A DNA stretch of 64,000 nucleotides, from positions 175,524,001 to 175,588,000 of the forward strand of contig NC_086097.1 in the NCBI RefSeq assembly GCF_963921235.1. The letters run 5' to 3'. Source of the DNA: Mobula hypostoma (taxonomy: Eukaryota). Positions within the stretch are counted from its first letter, which is position 1. Each line of letters begins with the position of its first letter. Both the position numbers and the translations under genes were made by a program. The notes under the pieces were generated by a model. It was not told the origin of the DNA. It saw nothing but the letters and a program-made list of their open reading frames with translations, and made no database searches. This document shows positions 24,430-37,520 of the stretch, one piece after another.

Positions 24430-27400
24430 TCGTGCTTATGATTTGCTGCTCCACTGCAAAGTCTCCTTGAGGTGTGCCTACCCTGAAGAAGTTTAAATCT
24501 TCTCTTCAGGAGTTCAGTGAGACCCTCCTTCACTGCTCCTCCTCTGTGATCTCTGCTGCCTGTTGACTGTTCGACCATGTGCTCACCCAGTCTAGCTACC
24601 ACATATCCTTCCTGGAAACGTGTTTACCACTATCTTGTTCAACATGGCTTCCAGCTCAGTTTTCAGGCCTCCCAGTTTGGACCTACCAAGGGTGAGTTTG
24701 ATCAACTGCTTCTCTCGCCTCTTCTCCCTCTATTCTACGTGCCACTTGCTCTGCCATGTGGAGATACCTGCAGGCCCTGTCTCAGTCTCTGCCACTGCTC
24801 TGAACCTCACTCTTCACTGTCACGGATCTCCAACATTTCATCCTTCACCGGATGTACTCCTTGAACCAACGGTGGTTCTTCCTTCCATCCAGGAGGCATC
24901 TGATAATCGTTCAACTCCAGACTACAGCCCCTACTGCCTCCTGTTTGGACATCAACTCAATTGGATGATTCAGCTGTGGATCCTGCAGTCTCCAACTCTG
25001 ACAGCCCTGGGACTACAGCCCCTGCCACCTCTGACTTGGACCTTTATTCGAGTGGAATCCTCCAGACTACAGATAACCACCAAGACAAACTCCAGCTCCA
25101 TTGACCCTGGATTCCTGCAGACAGTGAAGTATGTGGCACCTCGCTCTGGCTGCAGCCCCAACCTTGGCTGTCTCCACCTCCAGTTTGACACCTTTCTCAC
25201 TGCCACAGAGCTGCTGGGCTTCACTATAACTATCCCACCCCAGGTCTCTCAGGCTCCCCTGTCACCATTTGCTTTGACCTTCCCCTTTCTGAGGTGGAGT
25301 GTTGTGTCCTCAGCAAAGACCTTGCCTTTGTCCTCCTTTGCATACACCTCAGTGAGTTCCATGCTTGTCACAACACTGAGCCCTTCAGCCATTGCCTCTG
25401 TCTTCAAGCACACTTGTTTGGCAAAAATTTCCCACCCCACACCAATAACCCCTCCTTCCATCTCCAAACCTTGTCCTCTTCTTGGACACACCACTCTAGA
25501 TTTCTGCTGGCTCTGGATCTTTTCTTTAGTTGCCAACAAGATGACCAGCTCAGATTCAGCACTGGTCTCTCCTCTTTTACCGAGGGGCGCTACACTTCAT
25601 TCTCTCTGTACCACTCCCAACCTCCCCCTCAAACACGCAGACAAAGCAGGTGCTCTTGTAGTCAGACACACTATCTTGCTCAGGCCAGATAGCAACTCTG
25701 ACACCCGCTTTGACTTGACCTTTGAAGGGATCCTACTCAGGACCACCATCTAATGCAGTCATCTCCAATGCCTTCACTAATCTCATCAATTCTGGAGCTC
25801 CTCCTGTCCATTGCCACTAATCTCAATGTTCCCTTACCCCACACTTCTTGTTTCTACTTCCTCCCCAAGATCCACAAGCCTGACTGTCCACATAGCCCCA
25901 TTGTTTCTGCCTGTTCCTGTCCCACTGAGTAAACTCAGGTCCACATACCTGAACTTTATTTTATCCCCTTTAATTCAATCCCTTCCCATCTACATCCATG
26001 GCACATCACATGCTCTCGATCTCCTCGACAACTTTCAACTCCCTAGCCCTGATTTTCACTATGGATGTTCAGTTCCTATGCTTTTCCATCCCCTCTCTCC
26101 GCCCCCCCCCCCCCGCCCATCAAGAAGGTCTGGAAGCTGTCCACTTCTTTCTTGCAACACCCAGCTAGTTCTTCCACCACCTCCATCTGGTGGAACTGGT
26201 CCTCACACTCAACAGATTATCTTTTGGCCCATCTCACTTTTTCCAAACTTAAGGTGTGGCCATGGGACCCAGCTATGCCTGGCTTTTCATTGGCTAGATG
26301 GATCAGTCCATGTGCCAAGCTGTCCTTGATAATGCTCCCCAACTCTTTTTGCTACTTTGACGACTGCATTGGTACTGCTTCATTCACCCATGATAAGCTT
26401 TTCAATTTAATCAATTTTGCCTCCAGCTTCCACCCTGCCCTTTAATTCCCCTTTCTTGATCTTTATCTCCATCTCTGGAGACAAACAGTCGACCAACAAT
26501 TTTTATAAACCTACCGATTCCCACGGCTGTCTTTATTATACTTTTTCTCAGTTCCCTTATCTCCACCGTATCTGTTCCCGGGATGAGGCTTTCCTTTCCA
26601 GGAAATCGGAGAGGTTGTCCTTCAAGAATGTGGTTTCCCTTTCTTTATCATTGGGGCCCTCACTCAAATCTCCTTCACTGTCTGAACACCCGTCCTCACC
26701 ATATCTTCCTGCTGCCTTAATAAGGAGAGAGTTCCTCTCATTCTTGCCTGCCACCCCATGATCCTCTGCATCCAGCACATCATCTCTGCAACTTCCACCA
26801 TGTTCAACTGCATCCTACCACCAAACACATCTTTACCTCCCCTCCCTGACTCACCACTTTCCACAGGGATTGCTCCCTCTGTGATTCCCTTGTACATTTA
26901 TCCCTCCCCACTAATCTCCCCCGGCACTTATCCCTGCAAGCAGAGTTGCTGCATCTGCCCATTCACCTCCATTCAGGGCCCCAAGAAATTCTTCCAATTG
27001 AGGCAACACTTCACCTGTGAAACTGTTGGGGATGTCCACTGTATAATGTGCTCCTGATGCAGTCTCATCTACGTTGGTGAGTCCCGACATTTATTGGGGA
27101 CCGCTTTGTTGACAACCTCCACTCCATCTGCAAATAGATTTCCCAGTTGCCACGCATTTTAATTGCTGCTCCATCCCTGTTCCAACATATGGGTCCATGG
27201 CTGCCTCTTCTGCCACGATGAGGCAACTTTCAGGTTGGAGGAGCAATACCTCATTCTGTCTAGGTAGCCTCCAGACAGCATGAACATTGATTTCTCCAAC
27301 TTCTGTAATTTTTTCCTTTCCCTCTTCCCTGCTCTTCAATTCCCTATTCTGGCCTCTTATCTCTTCTCCTCACCTCTCTGCCACCTTTCCCCAATACTCC

Positions 27401-27710
27401 TCCTCCCCCTTCTCCCATGACCCTCTCTTCTCACTTTTAATATTCCTTCTCCAGTCCTTTGCCTTTCCCACCTATCACCTCCCAGCTTCTTACCTCATAC
27501 TTCCACCAACCTGATTTCACCTATCACCTTCTAGCTAGTCCTTGTTCTGCCCATCATTTTGTTCTGCATTCTCCTTTCCAGCCCTGTTGAAGGGTCTTTG
27601 TCTGAAATATCGACAGTTTATTCATTTCCATCAATACTGTGTTCTGAATTCTTAACAGCATTTTATGCATGTTGCTGTATATTTCCAGCATCTGTGGAAT
27701 CTCATGTTTA
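24430..27710 (+). mobile_element. Long decayed Penelope-like element (N-terminal region, RT, GIY-YIG, 3' terminal repeat)
   Basis: Frameshifted motifs KHADKAGALVV, PKIHKP, TMDV, YFDDCIG, FYKPTDSHG and QGPKKFFQLRQHFTCET. A degenerate hammerhead-type repeat lies at about 27580-27620. The left boundary is approximate. Confidence 0.85.
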
Positions 27711-27724
27711 TGATAAATTGCTTC

Positions 27725-28336
27725 TGTAACGTTCCGTTATATTGGCTCGTGTATGTCTAGGGGAAATCCCACCTAGCACCTGCTTCAACACTCCCCTCAG
27801 GGTCAGTCGCCGCCCGAATCAATCACAAACATCAATCATCAGCCAGCACACCCAGTAAATTTTAACAAATACACTTTATAGATATTACTAATTCTATGAC
27901 ATTAATATGCATTTGATACAGAGAGGAAAGTAATGGGGAAAAAAAAAGGCGCCAACACTTATCAAAGTCCAAGTTCTTCGCACGCTACCATTGGAGCTCA
28001 ATTCGACATCAGATGACCACCCGAATTCCGTCGACTCACGGCTCGGGACCACCCTGAGTGATCGACCGGAGCCTCTCCGCACGTCCGCCGTCCTCCTCGT
28101 CTCTCCTCTGACTCCCCGCAAAACCCAGTCCACAGGCATATCATACAGCATGGCATCCGAAAACAAAACGATACATAACCACCCATTGGCTAATAGAACC
28201 TTGTTATCATCATTTTAAAGTAAAACAAACTGTTAGCGCAAACTCTCTGCAGCGTTAAAACACAACAAAGCCGCATTCCCCAGATTAACATAACAAAATC
28301 GCCATTTTAAATGTAACAAAAGAAAGACCCCGTACA
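27725..28336. mobile_element. Solo LTR (612 bp) with a 4-bp target-site duplication
   Basis: Termini TGTAACG...CGTACA; CTTC on both sides (27721-27724 and 28337-28340); CpG-rich interior. Confidence 0.85.
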
Positions 28337-29640
28337 CTTCCTAAATGCTGTAAGTTGATTACTGATCTCATTGTTTGCTAATTTTTGAGACAAATATTGA
28401 TTTGAAAACCTAACAATGGAAATTGGAACAAAGAAAAATATATTTCCCTTGGTAATCCACATATACCATCCTGGTTTTTTTTGTACTGCCTTAGAACAAG
28501 AACTTATTTCTCTCTCTTATGGTAGGACGAAAAATGCAAGTCTTTTACTTGAATGTGCATAAGATCACTTCTGAAAAGCATGACAGATTTCATAAGATGG
28601 GGCAGTCAATTATCTATCAGATCTACCTTTGAGGTTATAGAATATTTTTGACTTGTGCTAGTAATATTTGCATCATATTATTTAAATCTCGCTCGAAATG
28701 GATCAGAGTTTGCTTGCTGCTTTGTCATTAAAACTTGATATGCGTCTGTGATGCTGCATATTATATAAACACAATTGACAAGAAATTTCTGTGACTTATT
28801 GTAGGTATGGCTGAGAGATCTGTACTTTTGGATGGGTTGACTAATTTGCTGATACCATCAAGTTACAATGCCCTGAATTTATAGCAGTCTCCTTTTAATG
28901 TTTGGAGTCTAGTTGATAATCCAGCCTACAATTTTTAACTTTGTGTAACAAAGTAGGAAGAACAAATCAATGCATAGACAGTTCCATTCTCCCTCACAGA
29001 AACTGCTTGACCTATTGAGTTACTTCAGAATTTCCTTGGTCTGCAAGAGTTCTTATTCCTGATTGGTTTTAGAGGTTTGTCTAGAGAAACAATTTCCAAT
29101 ACCAATGAAACATCGAATATATCAAAGGAGCAACAAAAAAGCTGTTTTGCTCCAGATTCCAATACTTACAGTTTGCTCTGTGACCAGAATAAGTTGAATG
29201 TATGGGTTATGAATTGATTTGAGTCTGCCTTCAGGATTTGTGACTGGTTTGCTTAAAACTGCAACATGCTGTAAATCCTCACTTACGAGTAATGGTATGT
29301 CTGAGAAGAAAAATAAAACACTTTTTAGCTGTTGGCTTTTTAATTAGCAATTGTACACGTCTCTTTTGTTTTAATGCTGTAGATGCACTATTAAAGGTCT
29401 TACAGTGGTGTTCTTTGCTCACTTGGTGGAGCAAAAAGCACTAGGTTCCCAAAATAAGCGATTTCCTCATACAGTCGGCCCTCCCTATCCGCGAGTTCCG
29501 CATGCGCGAATTCAACCAACCGCAAATCGAGAAAACCCGAAAGCGCTCTTCTAGTACTTGTTTGAACATGTACAGACTTTTTTTTTCTTGTCATTATTCC
29601 CTAAACAATGCAGTATAACAACTATTTTGCATAGCATTTA

Positions 29641-29805
29641 CATATGTCAAAGATAAACTAGCGCATGTTTTTTCTAATATAAGTCCTACCTGTGATAGAT
29701 GCAACACTGAGGTGGCTACCTTAACTCATATGTTTTGGTCCTGCATAAAGTTAAATAATTTTTGGAGAGATATTTTTAGAACGTTATCAAAAGTCATAGG
29801 TTTGG
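29641..29805 (+). mobile_element. Older L1 3' fragment, left part (continues at 41588-42243)
   Basis: Encodes HMSKDKLAHVFSNISPTCDRCNTEVATLTHMFWSC (L1 ORF2 C-terminal CCHC region). Confidence 0.85.
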
Positions 29806-29962
29806 GGGGGACTTCCGGTAGCGCTCATGGAGTGAAGTCGCGTTCTTGACTCGCTCCATTACCTCTTGAGTTTTTTTTCTTATGATCAGCTATATTTTAA
29901 TTAACCATTAAGGCATCAACTTTTACAATACTTTGAAATAAATTGGGCTCTTCGATAACTGG

Positions 29963-30826
29963 ATGCATTTAAGGTCTGCTATGTCGAAGAATGGGAAAAA
30001 CGGGAAGGATGGTAAACCTCCGGTTAAACGGAAAGGTATTGATTTCCCTCCGACTGAACCACCGGTGACTTTGAAAGCTATATCGGAGTTAATTCAAAGG
30101 GAAATTTCAACCTCTGTTACGGAGCTGATTCGTGCGGAAATTTCAATTAATTTCCAGAAAATTGCCAATTCAATCGATAAGATACAAACATCTATTACGG
30201 AACATCAGTCGGCTATATCTGATCTTCAAAGATCCACGCAACAAAGTGAGCTTAAGATGGGGAAAATCGAAGAAACAATTAATGTAATGAAGAAGAAACC
30301 TGACTTTCTGACCTTTAAAAACTCTGACTTAGAATCTAGAATGCGACAGCAGAATCTACGAATGATCGGGGTGCGTGAAGCTGTTGAATCTGATAACCCT
30401 ATGAAGTATTTTTCTCAACTTTTAAAAGATGCATTTCTTACTGTATTTCCTGACCAACCACCGCTATTGGATCGCGTTCACAGAGTTCCATCATACTCGC
30501 TTAGGTCAGATAAACCTCGACATGTCATTTTACGGTTTCATTACTTTCAAGACAAGGAGAAACTGTTTCGATTTGTTCGATCTAAAGGTTTCATTGATTT
30601 TTTGGATCTTAAGTTCCGATTCGTGGAAGATTTCAGTAAACCAATCCGGGATCAACGGGTTCGTTACAGATCTGTGATGTCGGAACTCTACAAGATGGAT
30701 TTAAGACCAGCGCTTCTTTACCCTGCATGTCTAAGGATTCGTACGTTGGATGGAGCCCTCCGTTTTTTTGACTCTCCATCGGATGCCCAGAGTTATCTGG
30801 ATCAATTTTCACCTTCAACATCTTAA
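29963..30826 (+). CDS. L1 ORF1p (coiled coil plus RRM/CTD, Transposase_22-like), intact
   Basis: 287-aa ORF with DLESRMRQQNLRMIGV.E, DRVHR, PRHVILRF, EDFS and LLYPA.LRI motifs. Confidence 0.88.
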   Translation: MHLRSAMSKNGKNGKDGKPPVKRKGIDFPPTEPPVTLKAISELIQREISTSVTELIRAEISINFQKIANSIDKIQTSITEHQSAISDLQRSTQQSELKMGKIEETINVMKKKPDFLTFKNSDLESRMRQQNLRMIGVREAVESDNPMKYFSQLLKDAFLTVFPDQPPLLDRVHRVPSYSLRSDKPRHVILRFHYFQDKEKLFRFVRSKGFIDFLDLKFRFVEDFSKPIRDQRVRYRSVMSELYKMDLRPALLYPACLRIRTLDGALRFFDSPSDAQSYLDQFSPSTS

Positions 30827-31968
30827 TTGTAATTTTTTAACTATCTCCGTTGATCGGAGGCTGTGAATTTGTTGGTCTTAATTTTTTTTGCCCTATTTGG
30901 GCAGAAAAATTTATTTTTGATTACTTAATATGGTTGCTAAACTTTCTTTTTAACTGCGTCATTTCTTTCTTTTTCCCAGGGGATTCTGGGTGGTTACTTC
31001 CTTATTGTCATTTTACGTATTTCCTTTGTGGCCTTAAATTTTGTAGTTTTTTTTAAAATCTATTTTGTTTTGTAGGTTTTTATAATTAGTTTATGTTAAT
31101 AATCTTAATTTTTTTTGTTCTGTTTATTCATGGGTCTGGGGTTTATTGCGGTTTTTTTTATATATTTTCTGGCTTTTATTCTGTTATGTGTTTATTTTAA
31201 TTGAGTTATCTTTTTTTTATTCTTTTACTGTTTTATAATCAGCTGATCTTTTTTATATTTACACTTTTTTTTAGGGAGCGTATACCGGAAGTCAGGGGGG
31301 TAGTTTTAGTGCTTGCTTCTTTCGGGCTGGTCTGCTTTAGATTTAGCCTTGGGGTCATGGGGTGGGAGGAGCTTCACGTTTTAGTTTCTTTCTTCTTGGG
31401 CTATATACATTATTGAAGTATTGGTTGCGTTCTTCTTCCCGGTATCTCTTGTATGTTCTGTTCCCTCTCCGGGTTCGTGGGTCGAGCCTATCGTCAATCC
31501 TCCTTGTTGTGGGTTGACTTTAGGGTTTATGGAGTCTATTATTAATTTTGTCTCCTGGAATACTAATGGTCTTGATCATCCTATTAAAAGGAAAAAAGTT
31601 TTTCTTTTTTTTCTTTTCTTTTTTAAATCTTTTTATTGAGTAAGTATACAAAAAAGGTAAGCCATATAAACATTAATACAATGTTAAAGTATAATAAAAT
31701 TCCAAAAGATAACAATACCAAAAAGAAAATACTACAAACAATGTAATTTAAGCATAAGAAACCAAGATAACATAATAGTATACTAGATTTTATATATATC
31801 AATGGAAAAAAAAGAAAAAAAAACCCCCAAAAAAAAACCCACCGTGCAACTAACTAAAAGCAAAGCAAAGCAATGGGCTAACTTGAAACCAAACAGAGTT
31901 AAACTTAAAATCACGTCCTCAATCCCGACCTCCATTAAAACAGTGAAAAAAAACAAGAAGGGTAAATA

Positions 31969-34900
31969 TTACATTAAATGAAAATATCGAATAAAAGGTC
32001 CCCAAATCTGTTCAAATTTAAATGAAGAATCATAAAGGTTACTTCTAATTTTCTCCAGATTCAAACATAAAATCGTCTGAGAAAACCAAAAAAAGGTAGT
32101 TGGAGCATTAAGCTCTTTCCAATGTTGTAAAATACATCTTTTCGCCATTAAAGTAAGAAATGCAATCATTCTACGGGCTGAAGGGGAAAGATTACTAGAA
32201 ATTTTAGGTAGTCCAAAGATAGCAGTAATAGGGTGAGGAGAGATATCTATATTTAATACCTTAGAAATAATATTGAAAATATCTCTCCAAAAAGTTTCCA
32301 AAGTAGGGCAAGACCAAAACATATGAGTTAAAGAGGCTATCTGCCCCGAACATCTATCACAGAAAGGATTAATATGCGAGTAAAAACGCGCTAACTTATC
32401 TTTGGACATATGTGCTCTATGCACCACTTTAAATTGAATTAGGGAATGTTTAGCACAAATAGAGGAAGTATTAACTAATTGTAAAATCTGCCCCCAATCA
32501 TCCACAGAAATGGTAAGCCCCAATTCCTGTTCCCAATCTACCCTAATCTTATCAAATGGAGCTTTCCTGAGTTTCATAATAATATTATAAATCATAGCCG
32601 ATGCACCTTTCTGACATGGATTAAGGTTAATTATCGAATCTAAAATATATATAGGAGGAAGCATTGGAAAGGAAGGAAGTATAGTATTTAGAAAATTTCT
32701 AACTTGTAAATATCTAAAAAAATGTATTCTTGATAGGTTATATTTATTAGATAATTGTTCAAAAGACATAAGGGAACCATCTAAAAATAAATCCAAAAAC
32801 CGTAAAATACCCTTAGTCTTCCAAGTTTGAAAAGCGCGATCCGTAAAAGAGGGAGGAAAAAATATGTTACCTAAAATAGGAATCGCTAACCCGAATTGAT
32901 TAAGATCAAAAAATTTTCTGAATTGAAACCAAATACGCAAAGCATATTTAACGATCGGGTTAGAGACCTGCTTAAGGCGTTTCGAATCAAAAGGAAGAGA
33001 TGAACCTAAAATAGAACCAAGTGTATAACCCTGAACAGATTGTAATTCCAATGCTACCCATTTAGGAATAGATAGTATATCCCGGTCAAGTAACCAAAAT
33101 TTCATATGTCGAATATTAATAGCCCAATAATAAAATCTAAAGTTAGGTAATGCTAAACCTCCATCTCTCTTAGCTTTCTGTAAATGTATTTTACCCAGTC
33201 TCGGATTCTTATTCTGCCAAATAAATGAAGAAATTTTAGAGTCGAATTTATCAAAAAAAGATTTAGGAACGAAAATTGGTAATGCCTGAAACACATATAA
33301 AAATTTTGGCAAAAAAAACATCTTAACTGCATTAATACGACCAATCAAAGTTAAATATAAAGGAAACCATTTAGATGAAAGTTGAGTAATATGGTCTATT
33401 AATGGTAAAAAGTTAGTCTTAAATAAATCTTTATGTTTACAAGTAATTTTAATCCCAAGATATGAAAGGTAATTATTAATCAATTTAAATGGAAATTTAT
33501 AATATAAGGGAAGATGTTTATTAATCGGAAAAAGTTCACTCTTACTAAGATTTAATTTATAACCTGAGAAAAGACCAAATTGTGCTAATAACTCTAAAAC
33601 AGCAGGAATAGATCTCTCAGGATTAGAAATATATAAAAGTAAATCATCAGCATAGAGTGATAATTTATGGGACTTTAATCCCCGAGTTATCCCAGTAATA
33701 TTTGAAGATTCTCGAATAGCAATTGCAAGAGGTTCTAATGCAATATCAAATAATAGGGGACTAAGAGGACAGCCTTGTCGAGTACCACGAAAGAGAGGAA
33801 AAAAAGGTGAGTTTAAAGAGTTAGTACGAACCGAGGCTACAGGGGAGTGATATAACAGTTTAATCCAGGATATAAATTTCAGGCTAAAATTAAACATTTC
33901 AAGCACCTTAAATAAATAAGGCCATTCTACTCTATCAAAAGCTTTCTCGGCATCTAAAGAAATAACACACTCAGGAACATTTTGTGAGGGAGTATAAACG
34001 ATATTTAACAATGTACGAATATTATAAAGAGTAACGACCTTTAATAAAACCCGTTTGGTCTTCCGAAATAATAGAAGGAAGTACTTTTTCTAGTCTATTT
34101 GCTAATAACTTAGAAAAAACTTTAGAATCAACATTTAATAAAGATATTGGTCTATAAGATGCACATTGAGCAGGGTCTTTATCCTTCTTTAGTATTAAAG
34201 AAATTGATGCTCTATTAAAAGATTCCGGAAGTTTACCAAGTTTCAAAGAAGCCTCAAAAACCTTATAGAGTCAAGGAATCAATAAAGAAGCAAAACATTT
34301 ATAAAATTCAACGGTAAACCCATCAGGGCCAGGAGCTTTCCCCAGATTCATAGAAAAAATAACATTCTTAATCTCATCCATTGTAATGGAAGTATCTAAT
34401 AAAGAAGACATATCCTGTGAAATCTGAGGGAAGTCTAACTTATCTAAAAAATCATTCATATATTTAGAATCTCGAGGAGACTCTGATTGATATAAAGAAG
34501 AATAAAAATCACGAAAGGTTTGATTAATCCCCACATGATCCAATATCAATCGATCATTTTGGTTATAAATCTGATTGATTTGAGATTTAACATAATTAGA
34601 TTTCAATTGATTAGCCAGCAGCTTGCCAATTTTATCACTGTGAACATAAAAATCACTTCTTGTTTTCTTTAATTGGTTTACAATCGAGGACGAGAGTAGT
34701 AAACTGTGTTCCATTTGAAGTTCAGTTCTTTGTTTGTATAGCTCCTCAGAAGGAGCCATAACATATTTCTTATCAATTTCTTTAATCTTGTCCACAATTG
34801 CCATCTCCTCCTGCTTCTGTTTCTTCCTCAAAGCAACGGAATACGAAATAATCTGACCCCGAATATAGGCTTTAAAAGTGTCCCAAAGAGTGTTAACCGA

Positions 34901-35743
34901 AATATCTTCTGTATGGTTAATTATAAAAAAAAGCTCAATCTGTTCATTCATAAAATTAACAAAGTCCGAGTCCTGAAGCAACAGCGAATTAAAACGCCAT
35001 TGTCTATTGTTTGGTATATTGGCCATAATTTTAATAGAAAGCTTAAGTGGAGCATGATCCGAAATGGTTATAGAATCATAATCACATTTAATCACTGAAG
35101 GAATGAGACGAGAATCAATAAAAAAATAATCAATTCTTGAATAGGAATGATGAACATGTGAAAAAAAGGAAAAATCTTTTTCCTGAGGATGCAGAAAACG
35201 CCAAATATCCGTCGACCCAGAATCAGAAAGGAAAAAATTAATCAAATTTGCAGATTTATTAGGTAAAGTCCGTAAAGGAGCCGAACGGTCCAAAGCTGGA
35301 GATAAACAGGTATTAAGATCTCCGCCCCAAATCAATGAAAACTCGTTCAAATTCGGAAACTGATCAAACAATGATTTATAAAATTCCGGACAATCCATAT
35401 TAGGAGCATAAACATTAACCAAAACTACTTTTTTATTAAATAGTAAACCACTAACCAATAAAAATCTACCATTCGGATCAGAGATAATATCCTGTTGTAT
35501 AAAAGTAACTGAGGAATCTATAAAAATAGAGACGCCTCGAATCTTAGCATTGGAGTTCGAATGAAATTGTTGTCCCTTCCAGAATTTGAAAAAACGTAGT
35601 CTGTCCCCCCTCCGTACATGGGTCTCTTGTAAAAATAAAATTTGTGCTTTAAGTCTCCGGAACACTTTAAAAACTTTTTTTCTTTTAATAGGATGATTAA
35701 GACCATTAGTATTCCAGGAGACAAAATTAATAATAGACTCCAT
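31969..35743 (-). pseudogene. Inner L1 ORF2 (APE-RT-CCHC) with one nonsense codon (34271-34273) and one 2-bp deletion (about 34026)
   Basis: ATG of MESIINFVSWN at 35743; ORF pieces 34271-35797, 34022-34246 and 31969-34011. Lesions were inferred by comparison with the outer copy. Confidence 0.92.
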
Positions 35744-36464
35744 AAATCCTAAAGTCAACCCACAACAAGGAGGATTGACAATAGGCGCGACCCACAAACC
35801 CGGAGAGGAAACAGAACATACAAAAGATACCGGGGAAAAGGACGCAACCAGTACTTCAATAATGTATATAGCCCAAAGAAAAACAAACTAAAACGTGAAG
35901 CCCCTCCCGCCACCCCCCACCCCAAGACCCCAAGGCAAAATCTAAAGCAGACCCGCCAGAAAGAAGCAAGCGCTAAAACTACCCCCATGACTTCCGGTAT
36001 ACGCTCCCTAAAAAAAAGGTATAAATATGAAAAGGATCAGCTAATTGTAAAACAGTAAAAAAATAAGTAAAAAAAAGTTAGCTCAATTAGAATACACACA
36101 GAACAGAACAAAAGCCGGAAAATATATATTAAAAAAAACCACAATAAACCTCAAACTCATGAATAGACACAGCAATAAAAAAAATAGGATTATTAACATA
36201 AAGTGATTATAAAAAGCAAAACAGAATAAAATTTAAACAAAAACTACAAAATTTAAGGCCGCACAGGAAATACGTAAGATGACAAAAGGGAAGTAACCAC
36301 CCAGAATCCCCTGGGAAAAGAAAGAAATGACGCAGTTAAAAAGAAAGTTTAGTAGCCATATTAAGAAATCGAAAGTAAACTTTTCTGCCCAAATAGGGCA
36401 CAGAAAAGTTAAAACCAACCAATTCACAGCCTCCGATCAACGGAGAAAATTAAAAAGAAAGCAA

Positions 36465-37365
36465 TTAAGATGTTGGAGATGAAAGTTGATCCAGATAACT
36501 CTGGGCATCCGATGGAGAATCAAAAAAAACGAAGGGCTCCATCTGACATGCGAATCCTTAGACGTGCAGGGTACAGCAGCGCTGGTCTTAAATCCCTCTT
36601 ATAGAATTCCGCCATCACGGATCTGTAACGGACCCGTTGGTCCCAGATTGGTTTACTGAAATCTTCCACAAATCGGAACTTAAGATCCGAAAAATCAATG
36701 AAACCTTTAGATCGAGCGAATCGAAACAGTCTCTCCTTGTCTTGAAAGTAATGAAAACGTAAGATAACATGCCTAGGTCTATCTGACCTAGACGAGTATG
36801 ATGGGATTCTGTGAACACGATCCAGTAGCGGTGGTTGGTCAGGAAATACAGTAGGGAATGCATCTTTTAAAAGTTGGGAGAAATATTTCATGGGGTTGTT
36901 ACCTTCAGCGGCTTCCCTCACGCCAATCATTCGTAAATTCTGCCGTCGCATTCTAGATTCCAAGTCAGAGTTTTTAAAAGTCAAAAAGTCAAGTTTCTTC
37001 TTCATTACATTAATTGTTTCTTCGATTTTCCCCATCTTAAGCTCACCCTGTTGCGCGAATTTTTGAAGATCAGATATAGCCGACTGATGTTCCGCAATAC
37101 ATGTTTGCATCTTATCAATTAAATCGGCAATTTTCTGGAAATTAGTTGAGATTTCCATATGAATCAGGTCTTTAACAAAGCCTGCAATTTCCGTACGAAT
37201 CATCTCCCTAACAGAGGTTGAAATTTCCCTCTGAATTAACTCCGATATCGCTTTCAAAGTCACCGGTGATTCAGTCGGAGGGAGATCCGTAGCTTTCGGT
37301 TTAACCGGAGGTTTACCATCCTTGCCGTCTTTCTCGTTCTTAGACATAGCAGATCTAAGTTCCAT
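36465..37365 (-). CDS. Inner L1 ORF1p; near-intact, with a frameshift in a homopolymer about 18 codons before the normal stop
   Basis: ORF 36520-37365 aligns with the outer ORF1; the sequence for the C-terminal DSPSDAQSYLDQ continues in another frame after an A8 run. Confidence 0.8.
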
Positions 37366-37520
37366 CCAGTTGTCGGAGAATTCAGTTTAATTCAAAGTAT
37401 TGTAAGAGTTGATGCCTTAATGGTTAATTAAAGTATAGCTGACCATAGAGAAAAAAAACTCAGAGGTAATGGAGCGAGTCAAGAACGCGACTTCACTCCA
37501 TGAGCGCTACCGGAAGTCCC

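Larger units (their letters stand above)
31604..37520 (-). mobile_element. Full-length L1 LINE (inner), same family, opposite orientation
   Basis: 5' end GGGACTTCCGGTAGCGCTC at 37520 and T-rich tail at about 31604-31625. TSD GAAAAAA(A)GTTTTT at 31591-31603 and 37521-37534. Confidence 0.95.

Noticed and set aside
24620..25753. 377-aa ORF as a novel gene
   Set aside because: It lies inside the decayed Penelope element. It is mostly off-frame, pyrimidine-rich sequence and only briefly enters the true RT frame (KHADKAGALVV).
31604..37520. Assembly artefact or twin-priming inversion as the origin of the inverted L1
   Set aside because: The inner copy is complete with its own 5' end, tail and TSD. 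It differs from the outer copy by many substitutions and a 36-bp ORF1 indel.
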